Notes: generated from the sequence alone by a model not told the origin. Positions 19,709-30,098 are shown, counted from the first letter of the stretch. The stretch is DNA of 60,350 nt from an uncultured Clostridia bacterium (GCA_947594065.1 CANQDX010000004.1:1-60350), one strand, 5' to 3'. Numbers and translations: made by a program.

Positions 19709-20293
19709 TTATTGTATGTATTTTTCTATCATATTCCAAACATTTTCAGTGTAAATCTTTCTTTCTGAAGAAAAAGGAAGAATAACATCATTTTCATCTG
19801 TTTCTAGCGATTTTTTCAAATCTTGTACATAGCTTTCAACTTTAGTTGAAGCTATTTTATCTGCTTTATTTGCTAAAATTAAATATGGAAGATGCGTATT
19901 TCTAATATAATTAAGCATTAAAATATCATTTTCACTAGGCTTGTGGCGTATATCAAGGAAAAGTATAATAAGGGAAATATTTTTTCTAGAAAATAAATAT
20001 TCTTCAATAAATTTTCCTACTTTTTCTTGTTCTGTATGAGACATTTTGCTGTATCCAAATCCAGGCAAATCTACAAAATAGAATTTTTCATCCATATTAT
20101 AAAAGTTAATCTGTCTTGTTTTACCAGGTTCGCTACTAGTTCTTGCTAAAGCTTTTCGATTAATCATAGTATTAATAAAAGAAGATTTTCCAACATTAGA
20201 TTTACCGCTAAGCACAATTTCTGGTAAGTTGTTATTTGGATATTGTTTAGGTCCAACAGCAGAAATTTCAAATCTAGGATTTTTAATTAACAT
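19709..20293 (-). CDS. engB: ribosome biogenesis GTPase YsxC/EngB
   Basis: G1 GKSNVGKSS, G3 DLPGFGY, G4 NKADK. Confidence 0.9.
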   Translation of the reverse strand: MLIKNPRFEISAVGPKQYPNNNLPEIVLSGKSNVGKSSFINTMINRKALARTSSEPGKTRQINFYNMDEKFYFVDLPGFGYSKMSHTEQEKVGKFIEEYLFSRKNISLIILFLDIRHKPSENDILMLNYIRNTHLPYLILANKADKIASTKVESYVQDLKKSLETDENDVILPFSSERKIYTENVWNMIEKYIQ

Positions 20294-20324
20294 ACCATTT
20301 CCTTTCTATAAATTACAGTTCATT

Positions 20325-21611
20325 TTATTTTTTAGGAATTAATTTTTCTGTTCCACCCATATAAGGTCTTAGTACTTCAGGAATATTAACACTTCCGTCT
20401 TCATTATAATTATTTTCCAAAAGAGCTATAAGCATTCTTGGAGGAGCTACTACTGTATTATTTAAAGTATGTGCTAAATAGTTTCCTTTTTCTCCCTTAA
20501 TACGAATTCCTAATCTTCTTGCTTGTGCATCTGTTAAATTAGAACAACTTCCAACTTCAAAATATTTTTGCTGTCTTGGGCTCCAAGCTTCTACATCTAC
20601 ACTTTTTGCTTTTAAATCTGCTAAGTCTCCACTGCAACATTCTAAAGTACGAACAGGAATATTCATACTTCTAAATAATTCAACAGTGTAAGACCATAAT
20701 TTATCATACCAATTGTAACTATCTTCTGGCTCGCAAACAACAATCATCTCTTGTTTTTCAAATTGATGAATTCTGTAAACACCACGTTCTTCAATACCGT
20801 GTGAACCTTTCTCTTTTCTAAAACAAGGAGAATAAGATGTCATAGTATAAGGTAAATTTTCTTTATTTAAAATTTGTCCTTTAAACTTGCCAATCATAGA
20901 ATGTTCGCTTGTACCAATTAAATATAAATCTTCACCCTCAATTTTGTACATCATAGCGTCCATTTCTTCAAAACTCATAACGCCATCTACTACATCGCTT
21001 CTAATCATATAAGGGGGAATACAATATGTAAAGCCTTTATTAATCATAAAATCTCTTGCATAAGAAAGTATAGCAGAATGTAATCTTGCAATATCTCCTA
21101 TTAAATAATAAAAGCCATTTCCTGCAACACGTCTTGCAGAATCCAAATCTATACCTGAAAAAGATTCCATAATATCAGCGTGATAAGGAATTTCATAATT
21201 TGGAACAACAGGTTCACCAAATTTTTGTACTTCCACATTTTGACTATCATCTTTTCCTATAGGAACTGATTGATGCATTATATTTGGAATTTTCATCATT
21301 CTAGTTTTAATTTCCTCAGCATATTTTTCCTCTAATTTTTCATTTTCAACTAATTCATTATTAATTTCTTGAACTCTCGCTTTTATTTTTTCTGCTTCAT
21401 CTTTTTTTCCGTTTTGCATCAAGCTTCCAATTTTATTACTTAATACTTTTCTTTCATTTCTAAGTTCATCACCGTGCATCATAGCATCACGATTTTTTTT
21501 ATCTAAATCAATAACTTCATCTACTAATACTAATTTATGGTCTTGAAATTTTTTCTTAATATTTTCTTTTACCACATCAGGATTTTCTCTTAAAAATTTA
21601 ATATCTATCAT
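20325..21611 (-). CDS. serS: serine--tRNA ligase
   Basis: 428 aa with an N-terminal coiled-coil arm and class II motifs (FRKEKGSHG...RIHQFEKQE, GSCSNLTDAQARR). Confidence 0.95.
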   Translation of the reverse strand: MIDIKFLRENPDVVKENIKKKFQDHKLVLVDEVIDLDKKNRDAMMHGDELRNERKVLSNKIGSLMQNGKKDEAEKIKARVQEINNELVENEKLEEKYAEEIKTRMMKIPNIMHQSVPIGKDDSQNVEVQKFGEPVVPNYEIPYHADIMESFSGIDLDSARRVAGNGFYYLIGDIARLHSAILSYARDFMINKGFTYCIPPYMIRSDVVDGVMSFEEMDAMMYKIEGEDLYLIGTSEHSMIGKFKGQILNKENLPYTMTSYSPCFRKEKGSHGIEERGVYRIHQFEKQEMIVVCEPEDSYNWYDKLWSYTVELFRSMNIPVRTLECCSGDLADLKAKSVDVEAWSPRQQKYFEVGSCSNLTDAQARRLGIRIKGEKGNYLAHTLNNTVVAPPRMLIALLENNYNEDGSVNIPEVLRPYMGGTEKLIPKK

Positions 21612-21652
21612 TTTTTAAACCTTCTTTTCTTGAATTATGGAATACCATAATT

Positions 21653-21910
21653 TTATCTTAAATAATTTTTATTAACGTCTTCTATAAGCTCAAAACGATG
21701 GCTTTGACCTGTTATATTATCAGGCCTTTTTGGGATTTCTTCTAAAAACATTTTCTCTGGTCTAACCCAAATTTGCGAATCATCTCTATCATATAAAGCT
21801 CTATATACAACCATCCATTCTTGCGTTTCCGAGTCTTTAGCTCTATTTTCTACATAATAGTAATTTCCTTTAAAATGTCTATAAACTTTTCCAGTCTTAA
21901 CTTGCTCCAT
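21653..21910 (-). CDS. DUF1653 domain protein
   Basis: GKVYRHFKGNYYYV...VVYRALY...WVRP motif. Start ATG 21910 after GGAGG. Confidence 0.7.
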   Translation of the reverse strand: MEQVKTGKVYRHFKGNYYYVENRAKDSETQEWMVVYRALYDRDDSQIWVRPEKMFLEEIPKRPDNITGQSHRFELIEDVNKNYLR

Positions 21911-22080
21911 AGCAAATTTCCTCCGTATTTTAAATATGTACATAATTTTATCATTTTTTTACTCAAAAAGCAATAGGGAAGAGAAATTGTAATTGATTTA
22001 ACCAAAAATGAATAAAAAAAGAAGTACTATTTAAAGTACTTCTTTTTAGGAGTTTGAATCATTCAATGATGTACCGCTTT

Positions 22081-22584
22081 CTAGTAATTGAAATTTCCTT
22101 TTACGCGGATTTTACGGCGATGTTTGTCGATAGTACCAGCACAATAAAAGTCACCTTTTACACGAATTTTGCGCTCATTTCTGTTGATATTACCACCACA
22201 GTAAAAGTCACTTCCTACACTGATAGCTCCGGTATCCATATTACCCTTGCAAGAAAGTTTACCTCCAACTGTAATACAACCAACATCCATACAGCCTTCA
22301 CAAAAAAGATTACCAGATACTTTTATATTGCCATAAATCTTCATATTGCCGTCACAAGCAAGATTACCGCCAATTGTGATTTTAGCCTTACGATATGGTT
22401 TTGGTAGAATATCGCCAATAACGCCGAGATTGTATCGCGTAAAAAGGTCTTCATCAAGGATTATGTTTCCCTTGATAACGACGTGTCCCCGGAAATCATC
22501 GAATGATTTGTTTAGCTTGCTTGCTAAAACATTTTTGTCAAAGCAAACAATTGACTTATTGGAATAGATTATCTCCCGTTCCAT
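22081..22584 (-). CDS. repeat beta-helix protein (bactofilin/polymer-forming-like), compositionally atypical
   Basis: Repeating units of about 17-20 aa: GGNLACDGNMKIYGNIKVSGNLFCEGCMDVGCITVGGKLSCKGNMDTGAISVGSDFYCGGNI. Start ATG 22584 after AAAGGAG. Visibly higher GC than neighbours, and two in-frame CGG codons. Confidence 0.5.
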   Translation of the reverse strand: MEREIIYSNKSIVCFDKNVLASKLNKSFDDFRGHVVIKGNIILDEDLFTRYNLGVIGDILPKPYRKAKITIGGNLACDGNMKIYGNIKVSGNLFCEGCMDVGCITVGGKLSCKGNMDTGAISVGSDFYCGGNINRNERKIRVKGDFYCAGTIDKHRRKIRVKGNFNY

Positions 22585-22772
22585 ACGAATACTCCTTTTC
22601 AATTATTACAAACTGTGTTTAACAGTATGTTAGCCTTATTATATCACATTTTTATGTTAATTGCAAACTTAAACTTTGAAACTGTATTTATTGTTGATAA
22701 ATTGCAATTTAACTGCATAAAATGGAAATTTTTGCATATAATGATTACAAAATGCATATAAGGAGAAAATGT

Positions 22773-23057
22773 ATGAAAGAAAAATATGTTAAAGAAGCTA
22801 AAATAGTAAAAAAAGATAAAGAAGAAATGAATAAAATGCTCATTCAAAGCATCATTCACACCAACGATAGAATACAAATTGCACAAAAAAATTATGAATT
22901 TGCAGAAGGAGAATTAATAGATTACTATTTATATGAAATAAAAGCAAATCAATCTAAATTAAATTATCTCATAAAAAAAACTAAAAAAAACGGAATAGAA
23001 TTGGACAGAATTAAAAAATTGCAAATGATGAACATAGAAGAAAATCAAGTTAGCTGA
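22773..23057 (+). CDS. yaaL: YaaL/DUF2508 family protein
   Basis: About 94 aa, helical, immediately upstream of bofA as in Bacillus (recR-yaaL-bofA). Start ATG 22773 after AAGGAGA. Confidence 0.6.
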   Translation: MKEKYVKEAKIVKKDKEEMNKMLIQSIIHTNDRIQIAQKNYEFAEGELIDYYLYEIKANQSKLNYLIKKTKKNGIELDRIKKLQMMNIEENQVS

Positions 23058-23146
23058 AAATTTGCATAAAATGAAATATACAATAATATTATTAAAAAAG
23101 GACAGGTAGTAAATCCATAACTTTTCATTAAGAAAGGAAGGAAAAT

Positions 23147-23416
23147 ATGAATTTCGATTTTAATAGTATTATTGTATATATTGCTTGTATATGTTTTTTA
23201 TTTATATTTGGTAAACTTTTTATAGTACCAATTAAAACAATTTTAAAACTTGTTATTAACTCTATTTTAGGCGGTTTCATTTTATTTCTAATTAATGCAA
23301 TAGGAGCAGCTTTTCAATTTCATATTGGACTAAATATCATTACTTCTATTTTTGTCGGAATCTTAGGAATTCCTGGAGCAATTGTAATTATTATTATAAA
23401 ATTATTGATTATGTAA
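23147..23416 (+). CDS. bofA: pro-sigma-K processing inhibitor BofA
   Basis: 89 aa, two TM segments, NSILGGFILFLINAIG...GLNIITSIFVGILGIPG. Confidence 0.8.
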   Translation: MNFDFNSIIVYIACICFLFIFGKLFIVPIKTILKLVINSILGGFILFLINAIGAAFQFHIGLNIITSIFVGILGIPGAIVIIIIKLLIM

Positions 23417-23438
23417 GTGAATAATAAATTTTAAATGC

Positions 23439-25256
23439 TTATTCTACCGTTACAGATTTGGCCAAGTTTCTTGGTTTATCTACATCTAATCCCTTTTCTT
23501 TGGAGATATAATATGCAAGTAATTGAAGAGGTATAACAGAAAGAATAGGCGTTAAATACTGATTGGTTTTTGGTATTTTAATAATATAATTAAATGCTTT
23601 TGAAACATTCTCTGTTGTAATCACAATCGTTTTTGCTCCTCTAGAAATAACTTCTTGAATATTACTTACTGTTTTACTTGCTAATACTTCATCTGTAACA
23701 ATAGCAATTACAGGAAAGTCATCATTAATTAAAGCAATTGGTCCGTGTTTTAATTCACCAGCAGCATAAGCTTCAGAATGAATATAAGAAATTTCTTTTA
23801 GCTTTAAAGAACCTTCCATTGCAACTGGATAATCTATTCCTCTACCTAAAAAGAACGCATCCTTTGCAGAATAAATATCTTTTGAAATATTAATAATCTC
23901 CTCTGTATTTTCTAATATGGTTTCTATTTTGTTTGGCAATTCGAATAAATCTTCTTTCAAACTTTTTATTAATTTATTATCTATATATCCTAAAACTTGA
24001 GCAATATAAAATGCTAGTATGTTTAATAATGTAACTTGTGCAGTATACGCTTTAGTTGATGCTACAGCTATTTCTGGACCAGCGTGTGTGTATATAAAAA
24101 GGTCAGCTTCTCTTGTAATGGAACTTCCTATTACATTGGAAATAGCAAGAGTGGTAGCTCCTTTTTCTTTTGCAATTTTTAAAGCGCCGATTGTATCTGC
24201 AGTTTCACCAGACTGACTAATAAAAATAGCAAGTGTATTTTTATTTACTAATGGATTTTTATATCTGAATTCCGATGCTACGTCAACTTCAACTGGAATT
24301 CTGCATAAATTTTCAAATGTAGCTTTAGCAGATAGGCCAGCGTGCATAGCAGTTCCACACGCTACAATTACTATTTTACTAATATTACTTAAAAATTCTT
24401 TTGAAAATTCTATATTATCAAGGGTTATTTTATCTTTATCTAACTTAAAACCAATAGTATCTCTTATAGTTTTAGGCTGTTCAAATATTTCTTTAAGCAT
24501 AAAATCGTCAAAACCATTTTTCTCTATTGCAGATTCATCCCAAGATATAATTTCAGTTTTTTTAGAAATGGGTTCTAAATTTTTATTAAAGAAATTTAAT
24601 TTATTACCGTAAACTTCTACAATTTCGTTATCTTCTAAAAGATAAAAATTCTTTGTATGAGATAATACTGCAGGAATATCGGAAGCGATATAATTACCAT
24701 CATTAGATGTACCAATAACCAAAGGACTATCTTTTCTTACAACTATGATGTGGTCAGGATAATCTTGGCAAAGGACTTCTATGGCATAACTTCCTTTTAA
24801 ATCTTTGCACGCTAAATAAACTGCTTGCAAAAAATTATTTTGAGCATAATAATAGTTAATTAAATTAGGAATAACCTCTGTATCTGTGTCAGATATAAAT
24901 TTATATTCATTATCCATTAAAAATTTTTTTATATCAGCATAATTTTCAATTATTCCATTATGTACAACGCAAAATTTTCCTGTATTATCTAGATGAGGAT
25001 GAGAATTTACTTTACTAGGTTTTCCGTGTGTAGCCCATCTTGTGTGTGCAATTCCGATGTTTGAACTAGATGAATGATTTTCTAGTAATTCCTGTAAATG
25101 CTTTACTCTTCCTTTATCTTTAGTAATGGAAATTTTATTATTTTCAAAAGTAGCAATCCCAGCTGAATCGTAACCTCTATATTCTAATTTGCTTAAACCT
25201 TCTAATAAGATAGGTATAGCTTTTTTATTACCTACATAACCAACAATTCCACACAT
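23439..25256 (-). CDS. glmS: glutamine--fructose-6-phosphate aminotransferase
   Basis: MCGIVGY N-terminal nucleophile, two SIS domains, C-terminal ...LAKSVTVE. Confidence 0.95.
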   Translation of the reverse strand: MCGIVGYVGNKKAIPILLEGLSKLEYRGYDSAGIATFENNKISITKDKGRVKHLQELLENHSSSSNIGIAHTRWATHGKPSKVNSHPHLDNTGKFCVVHNGIIENYADIKKFLMDNEYKFISDTDTEVIPNLINYYYAQNNFLQAVYLACKDLKGSYAIEVLCQDYPDHIIVVRKDSPLVIGTSNDGNYIASDIPAVLSHTKNFYLLEDNEIVEVYGNKLNFFNKNLEPISKKTEIISWDESAIEKNGFDDFMLKEIFEQPKTIRDTIGFKLDKDKITLDNIEFSKEFLSNISKIVIVACGTAMHAGLSAKATFENLCRIPVEVDVASEFRYKNPLVNKNTLAIFISQSGETADTIGALKIAKEKGATTLAISNVIGSSITREADLFIYTHAGPEIAVASTKAYTAQVTLLNILAFYIAQVLGYIDNKLIKSLKEDLFELPNKIETILENTEEIINISKDIYSAKDAFFLGRGIDYPVAMEGSLKLKEISYIHSEAYAAGELKHGPIALINDDFPVIAIVTDEVLASKTVSNIQEVISRGAKTIVITTENVSKAFNYIIKIPKTNQYLTPILSVIPLQLLAYYISKEKGLDVDKPRNLAKSVTVE

Positions 25257-25357
25257 AAACTTACCTCCTAATGTCTCTTCATATAATATTATAATAAAAA
25301 TAAAAATGTTTCAATACAAATTGTAATATACCAAGAAAATGTGTTAAAATAGAATAG

Positions 25358-27152
25358 GTGATAAAAGTGTTTAATATAGAGGAAGAATTAAAGAAATTAC
25401 CTGCTAAACCAGGCGTGTATATTATGCGCGATAAAGATGGAAACATTATTTATGTTGGAAAAGCAGTTTCTTTAAAAAACAGAGTAAGACAATATTTTAG
25501 AAAAAATAATAAAACGGCCAGAATTGAAAGAATGGTTTCTTTAATTAGCTATTTTGAATATATTGTTGTCGATAATGAAGCAGAAGCATTAATTTTAGAG
25601 TGTAATTTAATTAAAAAAAATAGACCTAAATTTAATGTTTTATTAAAAGACGATAAGACATACCCATATATTAAAATAACTTTAAATGAAGAATATCCTA
25701 CTATTTACACAACAAGAAGGATCTTAAATGATGGCGCAAAATATTTTGGACCTTATGCAAATCCACGGAAGTGCCAAAGAAATGGTAGATTTTATTAAAC
25801 AAAAATTCAAAATTAGACAATGTAAAAATTTTAAATCAAACAAAAGAGTTTGTTTAAATTATCATATTGGTAGATGCTTAGGACCTTGTGTTAATAAGGT
25901 TTCTAAAGAAGAATATCGCAAGCAGATAGACGAAATTATAGATTTCTTAGACGGTAAAGAACAAACAATTATAAAAAAACTTAAAACAGAAATGGAAGAG
26001 GCATCTGAAAAGCAAGACTATGAAAAGGCAGCTTATTTAAGAGATAAAATGTTGGCAATTGAAAATATTTCTCAAAAACAAAAAGTTTCTAATATTAATG
26101 AAAATGCAATTGATGTAATTGGAATAGCTAAAAATAATTTAACTGCTTGTATTGAAATTTTCTTTGTAAGACAAAGTAAAATGATTGGAAGAGAAAATTA
26201 CTTTTTTAATGATTTAAGTGAATTAGATGAAAAAGAAATTTTATCTGAGTTCGTGAAACAATACTATTTGAATAATGAAAATATTCCAAGTAAAATTATG
26301 GTAAGTGACGAAATTGAAGACAAGGAACTTTTAGAAGAAATATTAACAAAAAAATCAAATAAAAAAGTTGAAATAAAACATCCTCAAAAGGGCGAAAAAT
26401 TGAGATTTGTAGAAATGGCACAAAATAATGCAAAAGTGTCATTAGAAAATAAAGTAAATGATAAATATAATATATTAAATGAGCTAAAAGAATTATTAGA
26501 ATTAGAACAATTGCCAAGAAAAATAGAGTGTTATGATATTTCAAATTTATCTGGTACAAATGTAGTGGCTGGAATGTGCGTATTACAAGATGGTATTGTA
26601 AATAAAAAATTATCTAGAAGGTTTAAAATAAAAACAGTAATTGGTCAGGATGACCCAGCCTGTATGAAAGAAGTAATTAGTAGAAGATTAAAACATTCTA
26701 TTGAAAATCCAAATGGGGGATTTGGAAAATTACCAGATGTAATTTTCGTAGATGGTGGTATCACCCAACTTCGAGCCGCACAAGAAGCAATTGCAGAATA
26801 TAATTTAGCAATACCTATTTATGGAATGGTAAAAAACGATAAGCATACTACGAGAGCCTTAATTGATGAAAATAAAAAAGAACTACCGCTATCACAGGAA
26901 TTGAAAAATTTAATTACAAAATTTCAAGATACGGTTCACGACACAGCAATCGAATATCATAGAAAGTTAAGAGATGTAGAAGTTAAAAAATCAAAATTAG
27001 ATAATATAAAAGGAATTGGCGATAAAAAGAAGGCAGAATTATTAAAGAAATTTAAAACAATTCAAGAAATAAAGAATGCAAAATTAGAAGATTTAACACA
27101 GATAAAAGGAATAACAGAAGAACTTGCAAAAAAAATAAAGAAAGAATTGTAA
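25358..27152 (+). CDS. uvrC: excinuclease ABC subunit C, with a +1 frame change at CGG 25766-25768
   Basis: GIY-YIG domain ([19 protein letters not shown]) in ORF 25358..25798; the remainder, including the C-terminal HhH, is in the +1 ORF 25728..27152. Joining at CCA-C-GGA gives [25 protein letters not shown]. It has the same length as B. subtilis [25 protein letters not shown] (quoted from memory). Confidence 0.85.
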
Positions 27153-27228
27153 AAATGTAAAAAAAGAAAGATGAAAAGATGGAATAAAAACCTCCTATTG
27201 TAATAAATATAAAATAGGGGGTTTTATA

Positions 27229-27417
27229 ATGGAAAATATAAAAAATGTATATATGCCGATTGGACAAGTTGTTAGAATAAACGATAAAAAAATAAAATTT
27301 TTAAATTGGGTTAATAAAAATAAAATAATGCTTACAATTAGCACTATTTTTATTGCACTAATCTCATTGTATGGTATTTTAATTTCTCAATTTATTCATT
27401 TACTACAAATTATTTAA
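27229..27417 (+). CDS. small membrane protein, unknown function
   Basis: 62-aa ORF with a GGGGG RBS and a C-terminal TM segment. Confidence 0.35.
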   Translation: MENIKNVYMPIGQVVRINDKKIKFLNWVNKNKIMLTISTIFIALISLYGILISQFIHLLQII

Positions 27418-27539
27418 TCTATAAATTCCAATAAAGATAGAAAAAATTAAAAAAATATGTTAAAATAGAGGTATATTTTTTGAAGGGAGAACAGATACCT
27501 TTTATTATGCGTGTATTAAAAAGGTATCATAATAAATTT

Positions 27540-28400
27540 ATGAACTTAGCAAATAAATGGAAAGATTATGAAATATTAGATATGGCAGACGGAGAAAAAC
27601 TTGAAAGATGGGGGGATATTGTTCTAATAAGACCAGATCCACAAATTATTTGGAAAGATAAAAGTTTTCCTAATAAATGGAAAAATGTAAATGCCAGATA
27701 TAACAGAAGTAAAAGTGGTGGAGGAAGTTGGGAAAACACAAAGAATTTACCAAAGGTATGGCAAATAAAGTACAATAATTTAGTATTTAATATTAAGCCT
27801 ATGGGATTTAAACATACTGGTTTATTTCCAGAGCAAGCTGTAAACTGGGATTGGATGATAGATAAAATACAAAAAGAAAAAAGAGAAATAAAGGTACTTA
27901 ATTTATTTGCATATACTGGCGGTGCAACTGTTGCTTGCTTATCTGCAGGTGCTAGTGTATGCCACGTCGATAGTTCTAAAGGAATGACTGCGTGGGCAAA
28001 AGAAAATGTTATTTCATCTGGATTAGAAAAGGCAAGTGTAAGATACATTGTAGATGATGTTTTTAAGTTTGTGAATAGAGAAATAAGAAGAGGAAATAAA
28101 TATGATGCAGTTATTATGGATCCGCCATCTTATGGAAGGGGAACAAATGGAGAAGTTTGGAAGTTCGAAGAAAATGTAGATGAATTAATTAGCTTATGTA
28201 AAAAAGTGCTATCAGATAATCCTTTGTTTTTCTTAGTTAATTCATATACAACAGGAATTTCTTCTACAGTTTTAGAAAATATTTTAAAAATGAAATTAAT
28301 GGAAAAAAATGGAAAATATTCTTCAGGTGAAATCGGTCTGCCAATGTCTAATTCTAACTTAATTTTACCTTGTGGAATTTTTGCAAAATGGGAAAAATAA
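27540..28400 (+). CDS. class I SAM-dependent (rRNA large-subunit-type) methyltransferase
   Basis: WKDYEILDMADGEKLERWG...RPDPQIIW, SAM-binding LNLFAYTGGATVAC...HVDSS, and DPPSYGRG. The start could instead be 27507 or 27480. Confidence 0.7.
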   Translation: MNLANKWKDYEILDMADGEKLERWGDIVLIRPDPQIIWKDKSFPNKWKNVNARYNRSKSGGGSWENTKNLPKVWQIKYNNLVFNIKPMGFKHTGLFPEQAVNWDWMIDKIQKEKREIKVLNLFAYTGGATVACLSAGASVCHVDSSKGMTAWAKENVISSGLEKASVRYIVDDVFKFVNREIRRGNKYDAVIMDPPSYGRGTNGEVWKFEENVDELISLCKKVLSDNPLFFLVNSYTTGISSTVLENILKMKLMEKNGKYSSGEIGLPMSNSNLILPCGIFAKWEK

Positions 28401-28448
28401 GATTTATAAATTACAATTTTTGTTAAATAAAAATGAAAGGAATAAAAA

Positions 28449-29138
28449 ATGAATAGCTTAAAGGTAATTTATGAGGATAATCACATAATTGTAGTAGAAA
28501 AAATGCCCAATATTCCATCACAATCAGATAAAACTGGCGATATTGATATGCTTACTATTATAAAACAATACTTAAAAGAAAAATATAATAAACCAGGAAA
28601 TGTATATTTGGGATTAGTACATAGACTAGACAGACCAGTTGGTGGAGTAATGATATTTGCTAAAACATCAAAGGCTGCAGCAAGACTAAGCGAGCAGGTA
28701 CGCGATAAAGTATTTAAAAAAGAATATTTAGCAATCGTTGATGGAAAGCTGGAAGAAAAAAGTGGTACATTAGAAAATTATTTATTAAAAAATGAAAAAA
28801 CAAATACAAGCAAGATTGTAAAAGAAAATACATCAAATGCTAAATTTGCTAAGTTAGATTATGAAGTTTTAAAATACCAAGAAGACATTAATTTATCTTT
28901 ATTAAAAATTATTCTTCATACTGGAAGACACCATCAAATTAGAGTGCAATTAAGCGGAATGGGACATAGTATATGCGGAGATCAAAAGTATGGAACAAGA
29001 GGAAGAGGAAAGCAAATTTCTTTATGGGCGTACAAGCTTCAAATAGAGCATCCAATTACAAAAGAATTAATGACGTTCACAGATTTGCCCGAAGAAATTG
29101 GACCGTGGGTTATATTAAAAGACACAAAAATTATGTAA
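28449..29138 (+). CDS. RluA-family pseudouridine synthase
   Basis: Catalytic motif HRLDRPVGGVMIFAKT and HTGRHHQIRVQL. Confidence 0.85.
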   Translation: MNSLKVIYEDNHIIVVEKMPNIPSQSDKTGDIDMLTIIKQYLKEKYNKPGNVYLGLVHRLDRPVGGVMIFAKTSKAAARLSEQVRDKVFKKEYLAIVDGKLEEKSGTLENYLLKNEKTNTSKIVKENTSNAKFAKLDYEVLKYQEDINLSLLKIILHTGRHHQIRVQLSGMGHSICGDQKYGTRGRGKQISLWAYKLQIEHPITKELMTFTDLPEEIGPWVILKDTKIM

Positions 29139-29146
29139 ATTTTATG

Positions 29147-29189
29147 AAGAGTTATAAATTGTTTATGAAAATAATTTATAACTCTTTTT
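29147..29189 (+). terminator. intrinsic terminator
   Basis: 14-bp perfect stem AAGAGTTATAAATT/AATTTATAACTCTT followed by TTT. Confidence 0.8.
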
Positions 29190-29275
29190 GTATATGAAAA
29201 AACACATTTGATAAATAAAATAAAAAATCACAGATAAAATACTATAAAATTGCCTCATAGAAAAAAGAGGTAAAA

Positions 29276-29902
29276 ATGGTAGATAAAATCTGTGATTTTT
29301 TAACAAACAAAATTAGAAATAAAATGCCTGATGTAAATGACGAAAGAGCAGAAGTAATTAACTATGGAATTCATTTAATTGTAGGTGAAATACCTAAAAC
29401 ATTTATATTTATTGCTATTGCAGCTATTTTAGGAGTGCTAAAAGAATTTTTTATAACAATGTTGGTTATTTTTCCATATAGAGCTTTTTCAGGTGGATTT
29501 CATATGAAAACACATATTGGTTGTATTGTATGCTCTAGTTTGATGTACTGTGGAACTGCATATATAAGTCAATTTCAACTATTTAGTAATCCAGCTAAAT
29601 ATATATTAATCGTATGTGTTTGGGTATTTGGAATGGTTATGTGCAAACTATATGCGCCAGCAGATACAGAAAATGTTCCAATTTTAAGAAAAAAAGATAG
29701 AAAAATTAAACAAATCTTATCATATATAACTCTAACAATTACACTACTTATTGGCGCATTAGTAAATAACTATGTAATTTCTAACATAATTATTATTGGA
29801 ATGTTAATACAAAGTATAAGCATTACAAGGCTGGCATATAAATTAACAAATAACCAATATGGTTATGAAATTTATTTAAAAAATGAAAAAGCGCAAATTT
29901 AG
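29276..29902 (+). CDS. agrB: accessory gene regulator protein B (AIP-processing membrane peptidase)
   Basis: 208 aa, polytopic, with NYGIHLIVGEIPK...PYRAFSGGFHMKTHIGC typical of AgrB. Confidence 0.85.
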   Translation: MVDKICDFLTNKIRNKMPDVNDERAEVINYGIHLIVGEIPKTFIFIAIAAILGVLKEFFITMLVIFPYRAFSGGFHMKTHIGCIVCSSLMYCGTAYISQFQLFSNPAKYILIVCVWVFGMVMCKLYAPADTENVPILRKKDRKIKQILSYITLTITLLIGALVNNYVISNIIIIGMLIQSISITRLAYKLTNNQYGYEIYLKNEKAQI

Positions 29903-29967
29903 TTTAATACAATTGTGTAATATCACAATTTATTATTTAAAAACATTTGATAAAGGAGGGTTTTATT

Positions 29968-30087
29968 ATGTTAAAATTCTTAGCAAAAGTAGCAGAAAAA
30001 TATGCTAGATCTACTAATACAGCTTGTGTTTGGATAGGTTGGATTCATCAACCCAAAATGCCAGCTTCTTTAATTAAAAAGGATTAA
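29968..30087 (+). CDS. agrD: AgrD-like autoinducing peptide precursor (39 aa)
   Basis: Not in the track. RBS AAAGGAGGG. MLKFLAKVAEKYARSTNTACVWIGWIHQPKMPASLIKKD has an amphipathic leader, a single Cys and the clostridial HQPxxPxSL tail, directly downstream of agrB. Confidence 0.75.
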   Translation: MLKFLAKVAEKYARSTNTACVWIGWIHQPKMPASLIKKD

Positions 30088-30098
30088 TTACATAAAAA

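Noticed and set aside
21612-22080. Looked for a T-box leader upstream of serS.
   Set aside because: serS is preceded at 41 nt by the DUF1653 gene. Upstream of that I see no specifier-loop or T-box (AGGGTGGTACCGCG-like) sequence, only a bidirectional terminator.
22054-22407. 117-aa plus-strand ORF and 22346..22567 ORF opposite the beta-helix gene.
   Set aside because: They are mirror ORFs of a repeat-rich gene. The minus-strand ORF has the RBS, the start and a coherent repeat structure.
25257-25357. Looked for a glmS ribozyme upstream of glmS.
   Set aside because: Only about 100 nt separate the glmS start from divergent uvrC, and the sequence is almost pure A/T with no conserved ribozyme core. 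No ribozyme is called.
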